From Hyalangium minutum (lineage in GTDB: Bacteria > Myxococcota > Myxococcia > Myxococcales > Myxococcaceae): DNA of 248,000 bases. The position numbers were made by a program, and so were the translations under genes. Below, piece by piece: positions 132,044 to 143,849 of the stretch. A model generated the notes under the pieces. That model searched no databases. It saw only the letters and a list, made by a program, of their open reading frames with translations, and had not been told where the DNA came from. Position 1 is the first letter of the stretch. Each line of letters begins with the position of its first letter. Location of the stretch: positions 20,001 through 268,000 of the forward strand of contig NZ_JMCB01000013.1 of the NCBI RefSeq assembly GCF_000737315.1. Reading direction: 5' to 3'.

Positions 132044-132610
132044 ATGGCTGAAACTCCCACAAATCCGGCGGAATCCCAGGCCCAACGTGCCTCTGTCCAG
132101 CGGCGGCTGATCTCGCTGGAGAACGAGCTGGCGCGGCTGCGGCGAGAACTCTTTCACCTTGGCGGCGAACACCGGCTGCCCGGGCTTTTCCTCACTGTAG
132201 AGGTCGCCGGCACCCAGGTGCTCTTGCCTTCTGACGCAGTGCAGGAGGTGGTCCGGCTGGTGGAGCTGCAGATCCTCCCAAGCTCACCCCCGCATGTGCT
132301 GGGCGCCTTCGTCTACCGAGGCGTGTCCGCCATCGCGGTGGATCTGGCCCGGATGATGGGGGTGGAGCGCGAGCCCTCGCTGGATGCCCACCTGGTGGTG
132401 TGCTCCGGCATCCGCACCGTGGCGCTGCTGGTGGACCACGTGCAGGACATCGTCGAGGCACCGTTGCTGGTGGATCGGGTGGAGGAGACCGAACAGAGGT
132501 CTCCGTGGGACAAGACCGGCTTGATGGCGGGGCTGTGCCGCTCTTCGGATGGCGCCTTGCGCCCGCTCTTGAAGACCTCGGCCATCCTAGCGGTCCCGGA
132601 GGAGACGTGA
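132044..132610 (+). CDS. cheW: CheW-like protein (Che4-type cluster)
   Basis: V.EVVRL...P..P.HVLG. Confidence 0.85.
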   Translation: MAETPTNPAESQAQRASVQRRLISLENELARLRRELFHLGGEHRLPGLFLTVEVAGTQVLLPSDAVQEVVRLVELQILPSSPPHVLGAFVYRGVSAIAVDLARMMGVEREPSLDAHLVVCSGIRTVALLVDHVQDIVEAPLLVDRVEETEQRSPWDKTGLMAGLCRSSDGALRPLLKTSAILAVPEET

Positions 132611-133998
132611 GTGAGGGGCCGCGAGTGGACTCGCTCGATGAGGCCACGCTAAGCCGGGTCGAAGAGGTGCTGCGCGAGGCCAGCGGGATGACCCTGGCCT
132701 CCAGCGTGCGGCGCTCGCTGAGCACGGCCATCACCCGTGCGGCCGAGGCCCGGGGCATGGAGATCCCCGCCTTCCTCCAGAAGCTGCTGGCCCGCGAGGC
132801 GGCGGTGGTGGAGCAGTTCATCGAGTACGCTGTCATTGGCGAGACGTACTTCTTCCGCCACCCCGAGCACCTGCGCGAGCTGGGCCGGGTGGCCGCGCTG
132901 AAGGAGGACGGCCTGTTCCGCGTGTGGAGCGCGGGCTGCGCCACCGGCGAGGAGGCCTACAGCATCGCCATGACGCTGATGGCCGCGGGGCTGCCCGTGG
133001 AGCGCATCCGCGTGACGGCCAGCGACATCTCCGCCCGCTCGCTGCAGCGCGCCCGCGCCGCCACCTATGGCCCCTGGTCCGTGCGCCGCATCGAGCCCTC
133101 CATGGAGCGGCGCTTCCTGACGCCCCAGGGCGATCTGGTGATGGTCAGCTCCCAGGCGCGGCGGCCGGTGGAGTTCCTCCGCCACAACCTGGTGCTCGAC
133201 ACGGCGCCCGTGTCCGAGCAGGACGCCGTCTTCTGCCGCAACGTCCTCATCTACTTCCCCCACGAGTTGGTGCGGCAGGTGATCGCCAAGCTCATCGGCG
133301 CGCTCGTGCCCGGCGGGCTGCTCTTCCTGGCGCCCGCGGAGATCCCTCTCACCAATGGCATGGGGCTGGAGCAGCTCGACGTGCAGGGCTCGCCGGTCCT
133401 CCGGCTGCCCCGGCCCCGGGCCGCCACGCCCGTGGAGACCGTGGCCGTCACCACTCCGGCGGGGCCCGACCCCAAGCAGGAGCTGCTGCGCAAGCTGAAG
133501 GCGCCCGTCCTCGGCTCGGTGTCCACGGTCCGCCCGGCTCCGGCTCCCGTTCCGTCCCCCGAGCCCCCGGCGCCTGTCCGTACAGGTGCGTCCGCAGGCT
133601 CCGGTGCGGCGGCCAGTGATGACGTGATGCGTCAAGCGCTGAGAGCAGCCCAGGAAGGAAAGTTTGACCAGGCTGAAGAGCTGGCCAAGGAAGCGGCTCG
133701 GAAGCTTGTCCCCGAAGCATACCTGCTGCTGGCCATGGTCACGGAGACCCGGGGCAACCTGAACGCGGCGGTGGATTTGGTCCGCAAGGCACTGTATCTG
133801 GACCCGTCGATGGCGCTTGGCCACGCTACGCTGATGACGCTGTACTCGCGGCTGAGCAAGCGGGAAGAGGCGGAGCGGGCCCGGCAGAACGCGTTGCGCG
133901 CGCTGGATGGGTTGGACGACGAGCATCTACTCCGGGGAGTGGAAACGATGACGGCGGGAGGCTTGCGGCAGGCGCTGGCCGCTCGCAATCGGACATGA
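132607..133998 (+). CDS. cheR: CheR methyltransferase with TPR
   Basis: GETYFFRHP, WSAGCATGEEAYS, FCRNVLIYF. Confidence 0.93.
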   Translation: MSEGPRVDSLDEATLSRVEEVLREASGMTLASSVRRSLSTAITRAAEARGMEIPAFLQKLLAREAAVVEQFIEYAVIGETYFFRHPEHLRELGRVAALKEDGLFRVWSAGCATGEEAYSIAMTLMAAGLPVERIRVTASDISARSLQRARAATYGPWSVRRIEPSMERRFLTPQGDLVMVSSQARRPVEFLRHNLVLDTAPVSEQDAVFCRNVLIYFPHELVRQVIAKLIGALVPGGLLFLAPAEIPLTNGMGLEQLDVQGSPVLRLPRPRAATPVETVAVTTPAGPDPKQELLRKLKAPVLGSVSTVRPAPAPVPSPEPPAPVRTGASAGSGAAASDDVMRQALRAAQEGKFDQAEELAKEAARKLVPEAYLLLAMVTETRGNLNAAVDLVRKALYLDPSMALGHATLMTLYSRLSKREEAERARQNALRALDGLDDEHLLRGVETMTAGGLRQALAARNRT

Positions 133999-134047
133999 TG
134001 GCAGGGGCGCAGTAAGGCGCGTGTGCGCGCAATAGCTGGGAGGTCAC

Positions 134048-135675
<1,628 letters not shown>

Positions 135676-135679
<4 letters not shown>

Positions 135680-136092
135680 ACACGGCCGCGACACGAGGCG
135701 CACCGCTGAAGGTCCTGATCGTCGAGGACACCAAGACGATCACCAACCTTCTGCAGGTGTACCTGATGGGGTGGGGGCTCCAGTTCTTCGATGCCGGCAA
135801 CGGCGTCCAGGGACTGGCCAAGGCACGTGAGATCAAGCCGGATCTGATCATCTCCGACGTGCAGATGCCGGAGATGGACGGCTTCGCGCTCTGCGCGGCG
135901 GTGAGGGCGGACTCCTCACTGCACGCCACGCCCTTCCTGCTGCTCACTTCGCTCAAGGACGAGGCCAGCCGCCAGCGCGGCCGGCTGGTGGGCGCCAGCG
136001 CCTTCCTCAACAAGCCCGTCTCCGTGGACGAGCTGCGGGAGCGCGTGCGCGAGCTGCTGAAACTCCCTGTGAAGGGCCCCACGGGCCGCTGA
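135676..136092 (+). CDS. cheY: CheY-like response regulator
   Basis: VEDT, SDVQMP, KP. Confidence 0.9.
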
Positions 136093-136099
136093 GCCGCCG

Positions 136100-136675
136100 A
136101 TGGCCACCGAAGACACCAAGGTCGAGATCGACTACTCCACCCTCATCCAGCGCTTGGATGAGGCGCGAGCGGTGATCGAGAACGCCCAGGTGAGCCCGGA
136201 GAAGCGCCGCGAGGTGCTCTCCACGCGGGCGCGCGCCCTGGCGGGCTCTCGCGAAGAGGTTCGGCCCGAGGTCCTCACCGTGCTGGTGTTCCAGGTGGGC
136301 GGCGAGCGCTACGCGGTCCCCATCGAGCAGGTGGACCATGTGCTGGAGTCCCGAGGGCTGTGCGCCCTGCCCGGGGCGCCGAGGCATGTCATGGGTGCGC
136401 TGGTGTCACGCTCGCGCGTGGTGCCGGTGTTGGACCTGCGTCAGCTGCTGGGCCTGGAAGGAGGCGGTATGTCCGACCTGGCCAAGGTGGTGGTGGTGGA
136501 CGTGGCCGGGGATGCCTTCGGCATTGCCGCCGAGATGGTGGACGGGCGCGCGGAGCTCTTGCGCTCCACGCTCTCCCAGCCTCCTCCCGGGCCCTTCCTG
136601 TACCTGACGCCGGATCGACTCACCGTGCTGGACGTGATCCAGCTGGGGCTTCCGTCCGCCGAGAGGCGGGGGTAG
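136100..136675 (+). CDS. cheW: CheW
   Basis: FQVGGERYAVPI, VVPVLDL. Confidence 0.9.
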   Translation: MATEDTKVEIDYSTLIQRLDEARAVIENAQVSPEKRREVLSTRARALAGSREEVRPEVLTVLVFQVGGERYAVPIEQVDHVLESRGLCALPGAPRHVMGALVSRSRVVPVLDLRQLLGLEGGGMSDLAKVVVVDVAGDAFGIAAEMVDGRAELLRSTLSQPPPGPFLYLTPDRLTVLDVIQLGLPSAERRG

Positions 136676-136684
136676 GCGAGGCGC

Positions 136685-139273
136685 ATGGACGAGCAGGTCC
136701 TTCGCAGCATCTGGCCCATCTTCTCCGCGGAGACGCGCGAGCAGATTCAGGCCATCTTCGAGAAGATCGAGATCCTCGAGAAGGATCCGGCCGGCCGGGA
136801 TCCGGACCTCTTCCCGTCCATGAAGCGGTTGGTCCACAGCCTGAAGGGCTCCGCCGCGAGCCTCGGGCTGTCGGAGATCGAGCAGGTCGTCCACGCCATC
136901 GAGGATGGGCTGGCCCGCTTCCGCTGGGACGAGCAACTGCCCGGTGAAGTGGTCAGCGTCACCGTCCGAGGGCTGCAGAAGATCGAGGACGCCCTGGGAC
137001 GCGGTGACCAGGGCGGCGAGCCGGTCATCGACGGGCTCGCGGAGCTGCTGGCCTCCCTCGGACGGGGCGGGGAACTCAAGGGGCCGAACAAGGAGCGGGA
137101 GAAGGAGAAGGAGCGCCACCGTGCTCTGGAGCGGTTCCGCCAGGACGCGATGATGGTGCTGGGGAAGCTCGAGGAGGCGCTGATCGCGCTGGTCTCGCCG
137201 GACGTGCCGGATCGCCCGGGCACCGTGAGCGCGGCGGTGGCGCTGGCCCAGTCGCTCAAGAACAAGGCCGAGACCGCCAAGGAGACCCGCGTCGCTCCGC
137301 TCGTGGAGCGGATGGCCGCGGCCTTCTCGAGGATGGAGCAGGCGGGTGACACCGCCAGCATCGCCGCGTCACAGCTCACGGAGATCCTCGTGGAGCTTCG
137401 TGGCGTGCTCGTGCCCAATGAGCCGGCGCCCTCCGCTGCCCCAGAGTCTGCTCCGGCTGCCGCGCCCGTTCCGGCAAAGCAGGTTGCTCAGGCCCTGCGC
137501 GCCGCCAGCGAGGCCTCCACTGCGCCCGCTCCCAGCACGGGTGAGGGCAAGGGGCCCGTGGATCAGGCGGTCCGCGTCTCGGTGAAGACGCTGGAGTCGC
137601 TGGGGCTCCAGGTGGAGCACCTCATCTCGGGCCGCGCCTTGCAGATGCGCCGGACGGATGCGCTCCGGGACCTGCTCGACAACACGCACGACACCATCGT
137701 TCACCTGGAGCGCTCCGCGTCGCACCTGTCCCTGTCGGGCGGGGGCGAGGCGCTGGAGTCCCTGCGGACGGGTGTGCTCAACCTGCGCAGCATCCAGAAG
137801 CGGTTGGTGGAGCTGCTGAAGGAAGGCACCCGCGAGGGTGAGCAGCTCAACCTCGTGGCCCAGGTGGTGCGCGACGACCTGCGCGACATGCGCATGGTGC
137901 CCGCCGCGCAGGTGCTGGAGCCGCTGCGACGCACGGTGCGCGAGGTGAGCTCGCGCCTGGGCAAGCAGGTGGAGCTCTTCATCTCGGGCGGAGACGTGCG
138001 GCTGGACCGCCGCATCCTGGATGCCTTGAAGGATCCGCTGCAGCACCTGGTGCGCAACGCCATCGACCACGGCATCGAGATGCCGGACGTCCGCCGCGAG
138101 GCGGACAAGAACGAGAAGGGCAAGCTCTGGATTCGCGTGGAGCCGCGAGGCACCCGCATCGCCGTCGTCGTGGAGGATGACGGCGGAGGCTTGTCTCCCG
138201 CGAGGGTGCGCGCCACCGCCGTGAAGCGCGGGCTGTTGAGCTCGGAGGCCGCGGCGAAGCTCCCGGATGCTCAGGCCGCGCGGCTCATCTTCCAGCCCGG
138301 CTTCTCCACCCGAGACCAGGTGACGGAGACCTCCGGCCGTGGCGTGGGCCTGGACGTGGTGCTGGCCACCGCCCAGCGGCTTCAGGGCGCGGTGGACATC
138401 TCCTACACCGAGGGGCAGGGGACGCGCTTCACCATCGATCTGCCGCTCTCGCTGGCCTCCGCGCTGGGGCTGCTGATCCGCGTGGGCACGGCCATCGTTG
138501 CCGTGCCTTCGGACATGGTCGAGCGCGTGTTCCGGCTGGCCCCGGGTGACGTGGGCACGGTGGCCGGACGTGTGGTGGCTCGCGTGGACAACGAGCAGAT
138601 CACCTTCCTCTCGCTCTCCGAGGCCATCGGGCTGCCCCGGCTGCCGCTGGCGCTCGAGGCCGGGAAGATGCAGACGGTCATGCTGCTCACGCTCGGCAAG
138701 GAGCGGGCGCTGTACGCCATTGATGAGGTGGTGGGACAGCAGGACGTCGTCGTCCGCACGCTGGGTCCGCACCTGAAGGGCGTGGCGCACCTGGCGGGCG
138801 CCGCCGTGCTGGATGACGGCCGCTTGGTGCCGGTGCTCAACGCGCCGGAGTTGTTGCGCGCCGCCGCCCCGAGCACGCGCGGCATCAGCACCGGCGAGAT
138901 CCGCCGTCCTCGCGTCCTGGTGACGGACGACTCGCTGACCACGCGCTTCGCGATGAAGTCGCTGCTGGAGATCGCCGGCTACCCGGTGGTCACCGCGTCG
139001 GACGGCGAGGAGGCCTGGGAGGTGCTGGAGCGCACGCCTTGCCAGCTCGTGGTCAGCGACTGGCAGATGCCCCGGCTGGACGGCGTGGGCCTCACGCGGC
139101 GCATTCGCGCCCACCCGACGCTCAATCGCACGCCCGTCATCCTCGTCACCTCGCTCGACAGCCCCGAGGAGCGGGCCGAGGGCCTCGAGGCGGGCGCGGA
139201 CGGCTACCTCGTCAAGCGCGAGGTGGAGCGCGGCAAGCTGCTGGAACTCGTGCGGCAGCTGATGCCTGGGTAG
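136685..139273 (+). CDS. cheA: CheA-REC hybrid kinase
   Basis: HSLKG, HLVRNAIDHG, SGRGVGLDVV, C-terminal REC. Confidence 0.95.
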   Translation: MDEQVLRSIWPIFSAETREQIQAIFEKIEILEKDPAGRDPDLFPSMKRLVHSLKGSAASLGLSEIEQVVHAIEDGLARFRWDEQLPGEVVSVTVRGLQKIEDALGRGDQGGEPVIDGLAELLASLGRGGELKGPNKEREKEKERHRALERFRQDAMMVLGKLEEALIALVSPDVPDRPGTVSAAVALAQSLKNKAETAKETRVAPLVERMAAAFSRMEQAGDTASIAASQLTEILVELRGVLVPNEPAPSAAPESAPAAAPVPAKQVAQALRAASEASTAPAPSTGEGKGPVDQAVRVSVKTLESLGLQVEHLISGRALQMRRTDALRDLLDNTHDTIVHLERSASHLSLSGGGEALESLRTGVLNLRSIQKRLVELLKEGTREGEQLNLVAQVVRDDLRDMRMVPAAQVLEPLRRTVREVSSRLGKQVELFISGGDVRLDRRILDALKDPLQHLVRNAIDHGIEMPDVRREADKNEKGKLWIRVEPRGTRIAVVVEDDGGGLSPARVRATAVKRGLLSSEAAAKLPDAQAARLIFQPGFSTRDQVTETSGRGVGLDVVLATAQRLQGAVDISYTEGQGTRFTIDLPLSLASALGLLIRVGTAIVAVPSDMVERVFRLAPGDVGTVAGRVVARVDNEQITFLSLSEAIGLPRLPLALEAGKMQTVMLLTLGKERALYAIDEVVGQQDVVVRTLGPHLKGVAHLAGAAVLDDGRLVPVLNAPELLRAAAPSTRGISTGEIRRPRVLVTDDSLTTRFAMKSLLEIAGYPVVTASDGEEAWEVLERTPCQLVVSDWQMPRLDGVGLTRRIRAHPTLNRTPVILVTSLDSPEERAEGLEAGADGYLVKREVERGKLLELVRQLMPG

Positions 139274-139288
139274 TCCGGGCGCTCCGGC

Positions 139289-142200
139289 TCAGAGCGCCTC
139301 CACCGTCACCGTGTTGTCTTCCGGCTTCCGGTCGATCAGCTTGTAGAGCGGATCCAGCCCCGCCTTGGCGGGGCGCGTGCTCACCTGCACGGTGAAGCTG
139401 ACGTCCCCCTGCTGGATGAGGCGCTTCTCCAGGAAGAGGGGCTTGCCGTCCGCGTCGAGCACGCCCACGTCCACGTAGTCGTTGAGCGGGAGTTCCTTCT
139501 CCTGGCCCAGCCCGTCCGCCTCCACCTTGCGAGCCTTGGCGGTGATCTTCACCTCGAAGCGCCCGTTGGGCAGGGCCGTGGAGGTGGCGGTGACAGCGCG
139601 GTTCTCGTAGAGGGTGATGCGGTCGAAGAAGTCCTCGAGCAGGTAGCGCAGGTGATCGGGCGTCACCGCGCGCAGCTCGGCGATCAGCTCGGGCGAGTGG
139701 GTGAACGGAGGCGACTGGTACGCCGTCTTTCGGAGGAAGGAGGCGAGGGCCTGGTTCACCTTGTCCTCGCCCAGGTAGTCCTGCAGCGCGTACATGATGA
139801 GGCTGCCCTTGCGGTAATGGACGTAGCCCTGGTTCTCTACGCGCCCCAGGGGCATCTCCTTGTTGCGCTCGATGCTGCGGCCATTGAGGTAGCGGTCCAG
139901 CTCGTAGCGCAGAAAGCGGCCCATCTTCTCCGCCCCGTACTTGCGCTTCATCACCATCAGCGCCGAGTACTGCGACAGCGTCTCCGACAAGAGCGTGGCG
140001 CCCTGTACGTTGCCGCCGACCACCTGGTGCGCCCACCACTGGTGGGCCACTTCGTGCGCGGTGACGTAGTACGGGTAGTCCACGTCCTTGGGATCGTCCG
140101 GATCCACCCGGGCGATGAAGCCGATGCTCTCCGAGTAGGGGATGGTGTTGGGGAAGGACTGGGCGAAGGAGGCGTAGCGGGGGAACTCCAGGATGCGCAC
140201 CTGCCGGTGCTGGTACGGGCTGAAGGCGTTCGTGAAGTAGTCCAGCGAATCCTTCACGGACGCGATCATCCGGTCCAGGTTGTACTCGTGGCCGGGATGG
140301 TAATAGACCTCGATGGCCACGCCGTTCCACGCGTCGCGCTTCACCTGCCAGCGCGCGGAGAGGAATGAGAAGAAGCTCAGGATGGGGCGGTCCATCTTGT
140401 AGTGGAAGTAGCGCCGCCCGCCCTCGGTCCACTCGCGCTCCAAGTAGCCGGGCGCCAGGGCGATCTGATCGGGCGAGGTGCTGACGGTGGTCTCGAAGGT
140501 GATCCAGTCCGAGTCCGAGCCGATATAGGTGTTCATCCGCGCCTTCAGATCGTTGACGTCGGCCATGCGCTCCTTGGGGGCCAGTCCCAGGCGGCGGCGG
140601 GTGTCCTCGTCCGACAGCTCGGAGTTCTCCTGGTAGCCCAGGTGAGGCAAGGCCTCGCTGTTGACGAAGGTGCCGTTGTCCACCACCTCCGTGGGCTGTG
140701 ATCTGTTCTTGAAGCCTCGGGCTGCGTACTCGAGATCAAAGCTCAGCTCCGCCTTCGCGCCGGGCGCGAGCGGCTCTGGCAGGCGGTACGTATAGAAGCC
140801 GAGCCGCGTGTCCTGCTCCGAGGCGGTGTCCAGCCCCACCACCGAGAGCTTGTGGATCGTCAGCTCCGAGCGGGGCGGGAGGTTCACGTAAACCGTCTTC
140901 ACCGGCTGGCCCGAGCGATTCTCCAAGCCGTAGATGCCCAGGAAGCGGACGCGGGCCTCCTGGGGATAGATGTCCGTCTGCACCTTCACCGACACGATGC
141001 GCGGCTGGGGCTCCGAGGAGAGGGCCTTGTACTTCTTCTCGTAGTCCGCCTGCTCGGCCTGCTGCTCCCGCTCGGTGAGGTAGCGGTTGAGGCGGTTGGT
141101 GTTGTGGAAGATGGAGATGCCCACTCCCGCGAAGCCGAGCAGCGCGACCGCGAGTCCCACACGCACCGGACCGGACAGCCGCGTCCCCACTGTGCGCAGC
141201 CGCCAGGAGGCGCCCTCCTCGGAGCCTCGGGCCCAGAAGAGGTGGGCCGCCAGGGCCAGCGCCAGGGCCGCCAGCCCCCAGTACAGGTGGAACCAGAAGT
141301 ACGGCCGGAGGAACGGCCCGAAGCCGTTCATGTCTGAGTACGTGTACGAGGGCGAGCCCGCGTAGCTGTACAGGTTGTGCTCGAAGCCGAACTGCGAGGC
141401 GAACTGCGAGAGCACCAGGTAGAGCACCATGATGAAGTGCCCCACGTACTTGTGGTTGACCACCACGTGGATGAACACCGCGAGCACGCACAGCAGCCAC
141501 AGATCCGGCAGCCGCAGGCCGAACAGCTCCGTCACGTAGAGGCCCAGCTCGAAGTGCGTGTAGCCCTTCGCAGCCTGGACGATGAGCCCGCAGAGGAACA
141601 CCACGCAGGTGAGGATCACCTGCACACCCATGAGGGCCAGCAGCTTGGAGACGTATGGGAGCCAGCCCGGCGTAGGCAGCGCGTCCATCAGCCCGCTCAT
141701 CTGCGCGTCTCGCTCCCGCCAGATGAGCTCGCCCGAATAGAAGGTGATGATGATGATGTGGAAGAGGGCGAAGGTGCCGCCCACCATCTCCAGCACCATG
141801 TACGTCACGGGCCAGGTGTTGGTGCCGTACATCGAGCCCATGGCGCGCGCGCTGATGAAGACGAAGAGCACCCCCGCGAGCACCATCACCAGGAAGTAGA
141901 CGTTCTTCACCGTCTCCTTCAGGTCCAGCCACGTCAGCTTCGGGAGCAGCCGCAGGAAGGTGGTACCTCGGAAGTCCCGGTTGAGCGCGGGCAGCGGAGC
142001 GATGGAGGCGGGGAGCGCGGGCTCGGAGGAGGGCTCCTGCTCCTTCTGGCCCCGGAGGGGCAGTGCGTGCGTCCGCTGGAAGCGCACGTACGTGAAGACG
142101 AGCGCCACGATGCCCACCGCCAGCCACACCAGCCGGTTGAGCAGGAACCAGCCCTCCAGGGGCAGCAGGCGGGTGTTCTTCTCGGCCACCGTCCAGTACT

Positions 142201-142876
142201 CGGTCACCACGCGCTGAGCGTTGAGGCCGAAGGGATCGGCCAGCGCGGAGATCCACTTGGTCTCCAGCTCGCGCATCAGGCTGCCGCCGATGAGGTAGCC
142301 GATGAAGAGCACCACGGTGCCCACGTACACGGGGAGGATGCGCCGGGTGAGCGCGGCCAGCGCGAAGAAGAGGGCGCCCGCGAAGAAGAGGTTGGGCAAC
142401 ACGCTCGTCACGTACGGCCAGAGGTACGCGGCGCCTGAGTTGGGGCCCACCAAATGCTTCTGGAGCCACGGCATGTAGCTGCCCACGAAGGCCCCCAGGC
142501 CGATGCTCGAGAAGATGACGAGCAGGACGAGGAACGCCCCCAAGAAGCGGCCGAAGAGGTACTGGGCCTTGGAGATGGGCGTGGTGAAGAACAGCGTGTG
142601 CGAGCCCGCGGCGAAGTCCTGGTACACCGCCTGGCCCATCATCGCGCCAGAGATGATGACGCCCGTGAAGCCCAGGTAGGCCATCATCACGCTGAGCGAG
142701 TGAGGCGAGTTGGCCAGCACCTTGCCGCCCCCACCCGCGTTGAAGGTGACGGCCTCCCAGGCTCCGGCTGCGGCGTTCATCAAGATGAAGCCCAGCGCCA
142801 GGTACACGCCGAAGTACACCCACGTGGAGAGCATCTTGAGCCGGCGGCGCAGCTCGAAGAGAGCGATGGCGATCAT
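139289..142876 (-). CDS. ABC-2 permease fused to M1 aminopeptidase
   Basis: Two permease repeats; HEVAHQWW...E zinc motif. Confidence 0.88.
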   Translation of the reverse strand: MIAIALFELRRRLKMLSTWVYFGVYLALGFILMNAAAGAWEAVTFNAGGGGKVLANSPHSLSVMMAYLGFTGVIISGAMMGQAVYQDFAAGSHTLFFTTPISKAQYLFGRFLGAFLVLLVIFSSIGLGAFVGSYMPWLQKHLVGPNSGAAYLWPYVTSVLPNLFFAGALFFALAALTRRILPVYVGTVVLFIGYLIGGSLMRELETKWISALADPFGLNAQRVVTEYWTVAEKNTRLLPLEGWFLLNRLVWLAVGIVALVFTYVRFQRTHALPLRGQKEQEPSSEPALPASIAPLPALNRDFRGTTFLRLLPKLTWLDLKETVKNVYFLVMVLAGVLFVFISARAMGSMYGTNTWPVTYMVLEMVGGTFALFHIIIITFYSGELIWRERDAQMSGLMDALPTPGWLPYVSKLLALMGVQVILTCVVFLCGLIVQAAKGYTHFELGLYVTELFGLRLPDLWLLCVLAVFIHVVVNHKYVGHFIMVLYLVLSQFASQFGFEHNLYSYAGSPSYTYSDMNGFGPFLRPYFWFHLYWGLAALALALAAHLFWARGSEEGASWRLRTVGTRLSGPVRVGLAVALLGFAGVGISIFHNTNRLNRYLTEREQQAEQADYEKKYKALSSEPQPRIVSVKVQTDIYPQEARVRFLGIYGLENRSGQPVKTVYVNLPPRSELTIHKLSVVGLDTASEQDTRLGFYTYRLPEPLAPGAKAELSFDLEYAARGFKNRSQPTEVVDNGTFVNSEALPHLGYQENSELSDEDTRRRLGLAPKERMADVNDLKARMNTYIGSDSDWITFETTVSTSPDQIALAPGYLEREWTEGGRRYFHYKMDRPILSFFSFLSARWQVKRDAWNGVAIEVYYHPGHEYNLDRMIASVKDSLDYFTNAFSPYQHRQVRILEFPRYASFAQSFPNTIPYSESIGFIARVDPDDPKDVDYPYYVTAHEVAHQWWAHQVVGGNVQGATLLSETLSQYSALMVMKRKYGAEKMGRFLRYELDRYLNGRSIERNKEMPLGRVENQGYVHYRKGSLIMYALQDYLGEDKVNQALASFLRKTAYQSPPFTHSPELIAELRAVTPDHLRYLLEDFFDRITLYENRAVTATSTALPNGRFEVKITAKARKVEADGLGQEKELPLNDYVDVGVLDADGKPLFLEKRLIQQGDVSFTVQVSTRPAKAGLDPLYKLIDRKPEDNTVTVEAL

Positions 142877-142886
142877 GTCGCGCTCC

Positions 142887-143795
142887 TCAGGCCACGGCCG
142901 GTGTGGCGGGGACCGGCGCTGTCTGCACGTGGCCCTTGATGGTGGCGAAGTAGGCGTCCTCGAGATCCGGCTCCACGGGCTCGAAGCCCGCGCCCGGTGA
143001 GCCCTCGCTGTAGACGTGCACGCGCGTGCGCCCCATCACCAGCCGGGTGGAGATGACGCGCTGCTGGGCCTGCACGTCCGCCAGCTCCGCCTTCTCCACG
143101 AAGCGCCGCCAGATGCGCCCGGAGAGCCGCGAGATGGCCTCCTGCGGCTCGCCCGCGAGCAGCACCCGGCCCTTGTCCAGCACCGCCATCTGCGAGCACA
143201 GCTCGTGGACGTCCGCGACGATGTGCGTGGAGAGGATGACGATGACGTCCTGGCCGATGTCCGCCAGCAGGTTGTGGAAGCGGACACGCTCCTCGGGATC
143301 CAGACCGGCGGTGGGCTCGTCCACGATGAGCAACTGGGGGTTGCCCAGCAGCGCCTGCGCAATCCCGAAGCGCTGGCGCATGCCGCCGGAGAAGCTGCCC
143401 AGTGGCTTCTTGCGAGCCGCGTAGAGGTTGGTCTGGTTCAGCAGCGCGGAGACGCGCGCCTTGCGCTCCTTCGCCTGGCTGATGCCCTTGAGCGTGGCCA
143501 GGTGCTCCAGCAGATCCTCGGCGGACACCTTGGGGTAGAGACCGAAGTCCTGCGGCAGGTAGCCGAGCACCCGCCGCACCGCGTCCTTGTCCCGCAGCAC
143601 GTCGATATTCCCGAGCGTGGCGCTCCCGCTGTCCGCCTCCTGGAGCGTGGCCAGGGTGCGCATCAGCGTGGACTTGCCCGCGCCGTTGGGCCCCAGCAGA
143701 CCGAACATCCCGGGCCGCACGGTGAGTGTGACATCTGCCAGCGCCTGCGTCCCATTGGGATAGCGCTTGGACAGGTTCTGGATGCGAAGCTCCAC
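142887..143795 (-). CDS. ABC transporter ATP-binding protein
   Basis: GPNGAGKS, FSGGM, DEP. Confidence 0.95.
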   Translation of the reverse strand: MELRIQNLSKRYPNGTQALADVTLTVRPGMFGLLGPNGAGKSTLMRTLATLQEADSGSATLGNIDVLRDKDAVRRVLGYLPQDFGLYPKVSAEDLLEHLATLKGISQAKERKARVSALLNQTNLYAARKKPLGSFSGGMRQRFGIAQALLGNPQLLIVDEPTAGLDPEERVRFHNLLADIGQDVIVILSTHIVADVHELCSQMAVLDKGRVLLAGEPQEAISRLSGRIWRRFVEKAELADVQAQQRVISTRLVMGRTRVHVYSEGSPGAGFEPVEPDLEDAYFATIKGHVQTAPVPATPAVA

Positions 143796-143849
143796 GGAAG
143801 GCCCTTGGATGAAGAGGGCCGCATCATGGAAGCAGGTGGGAGCCTTTGG

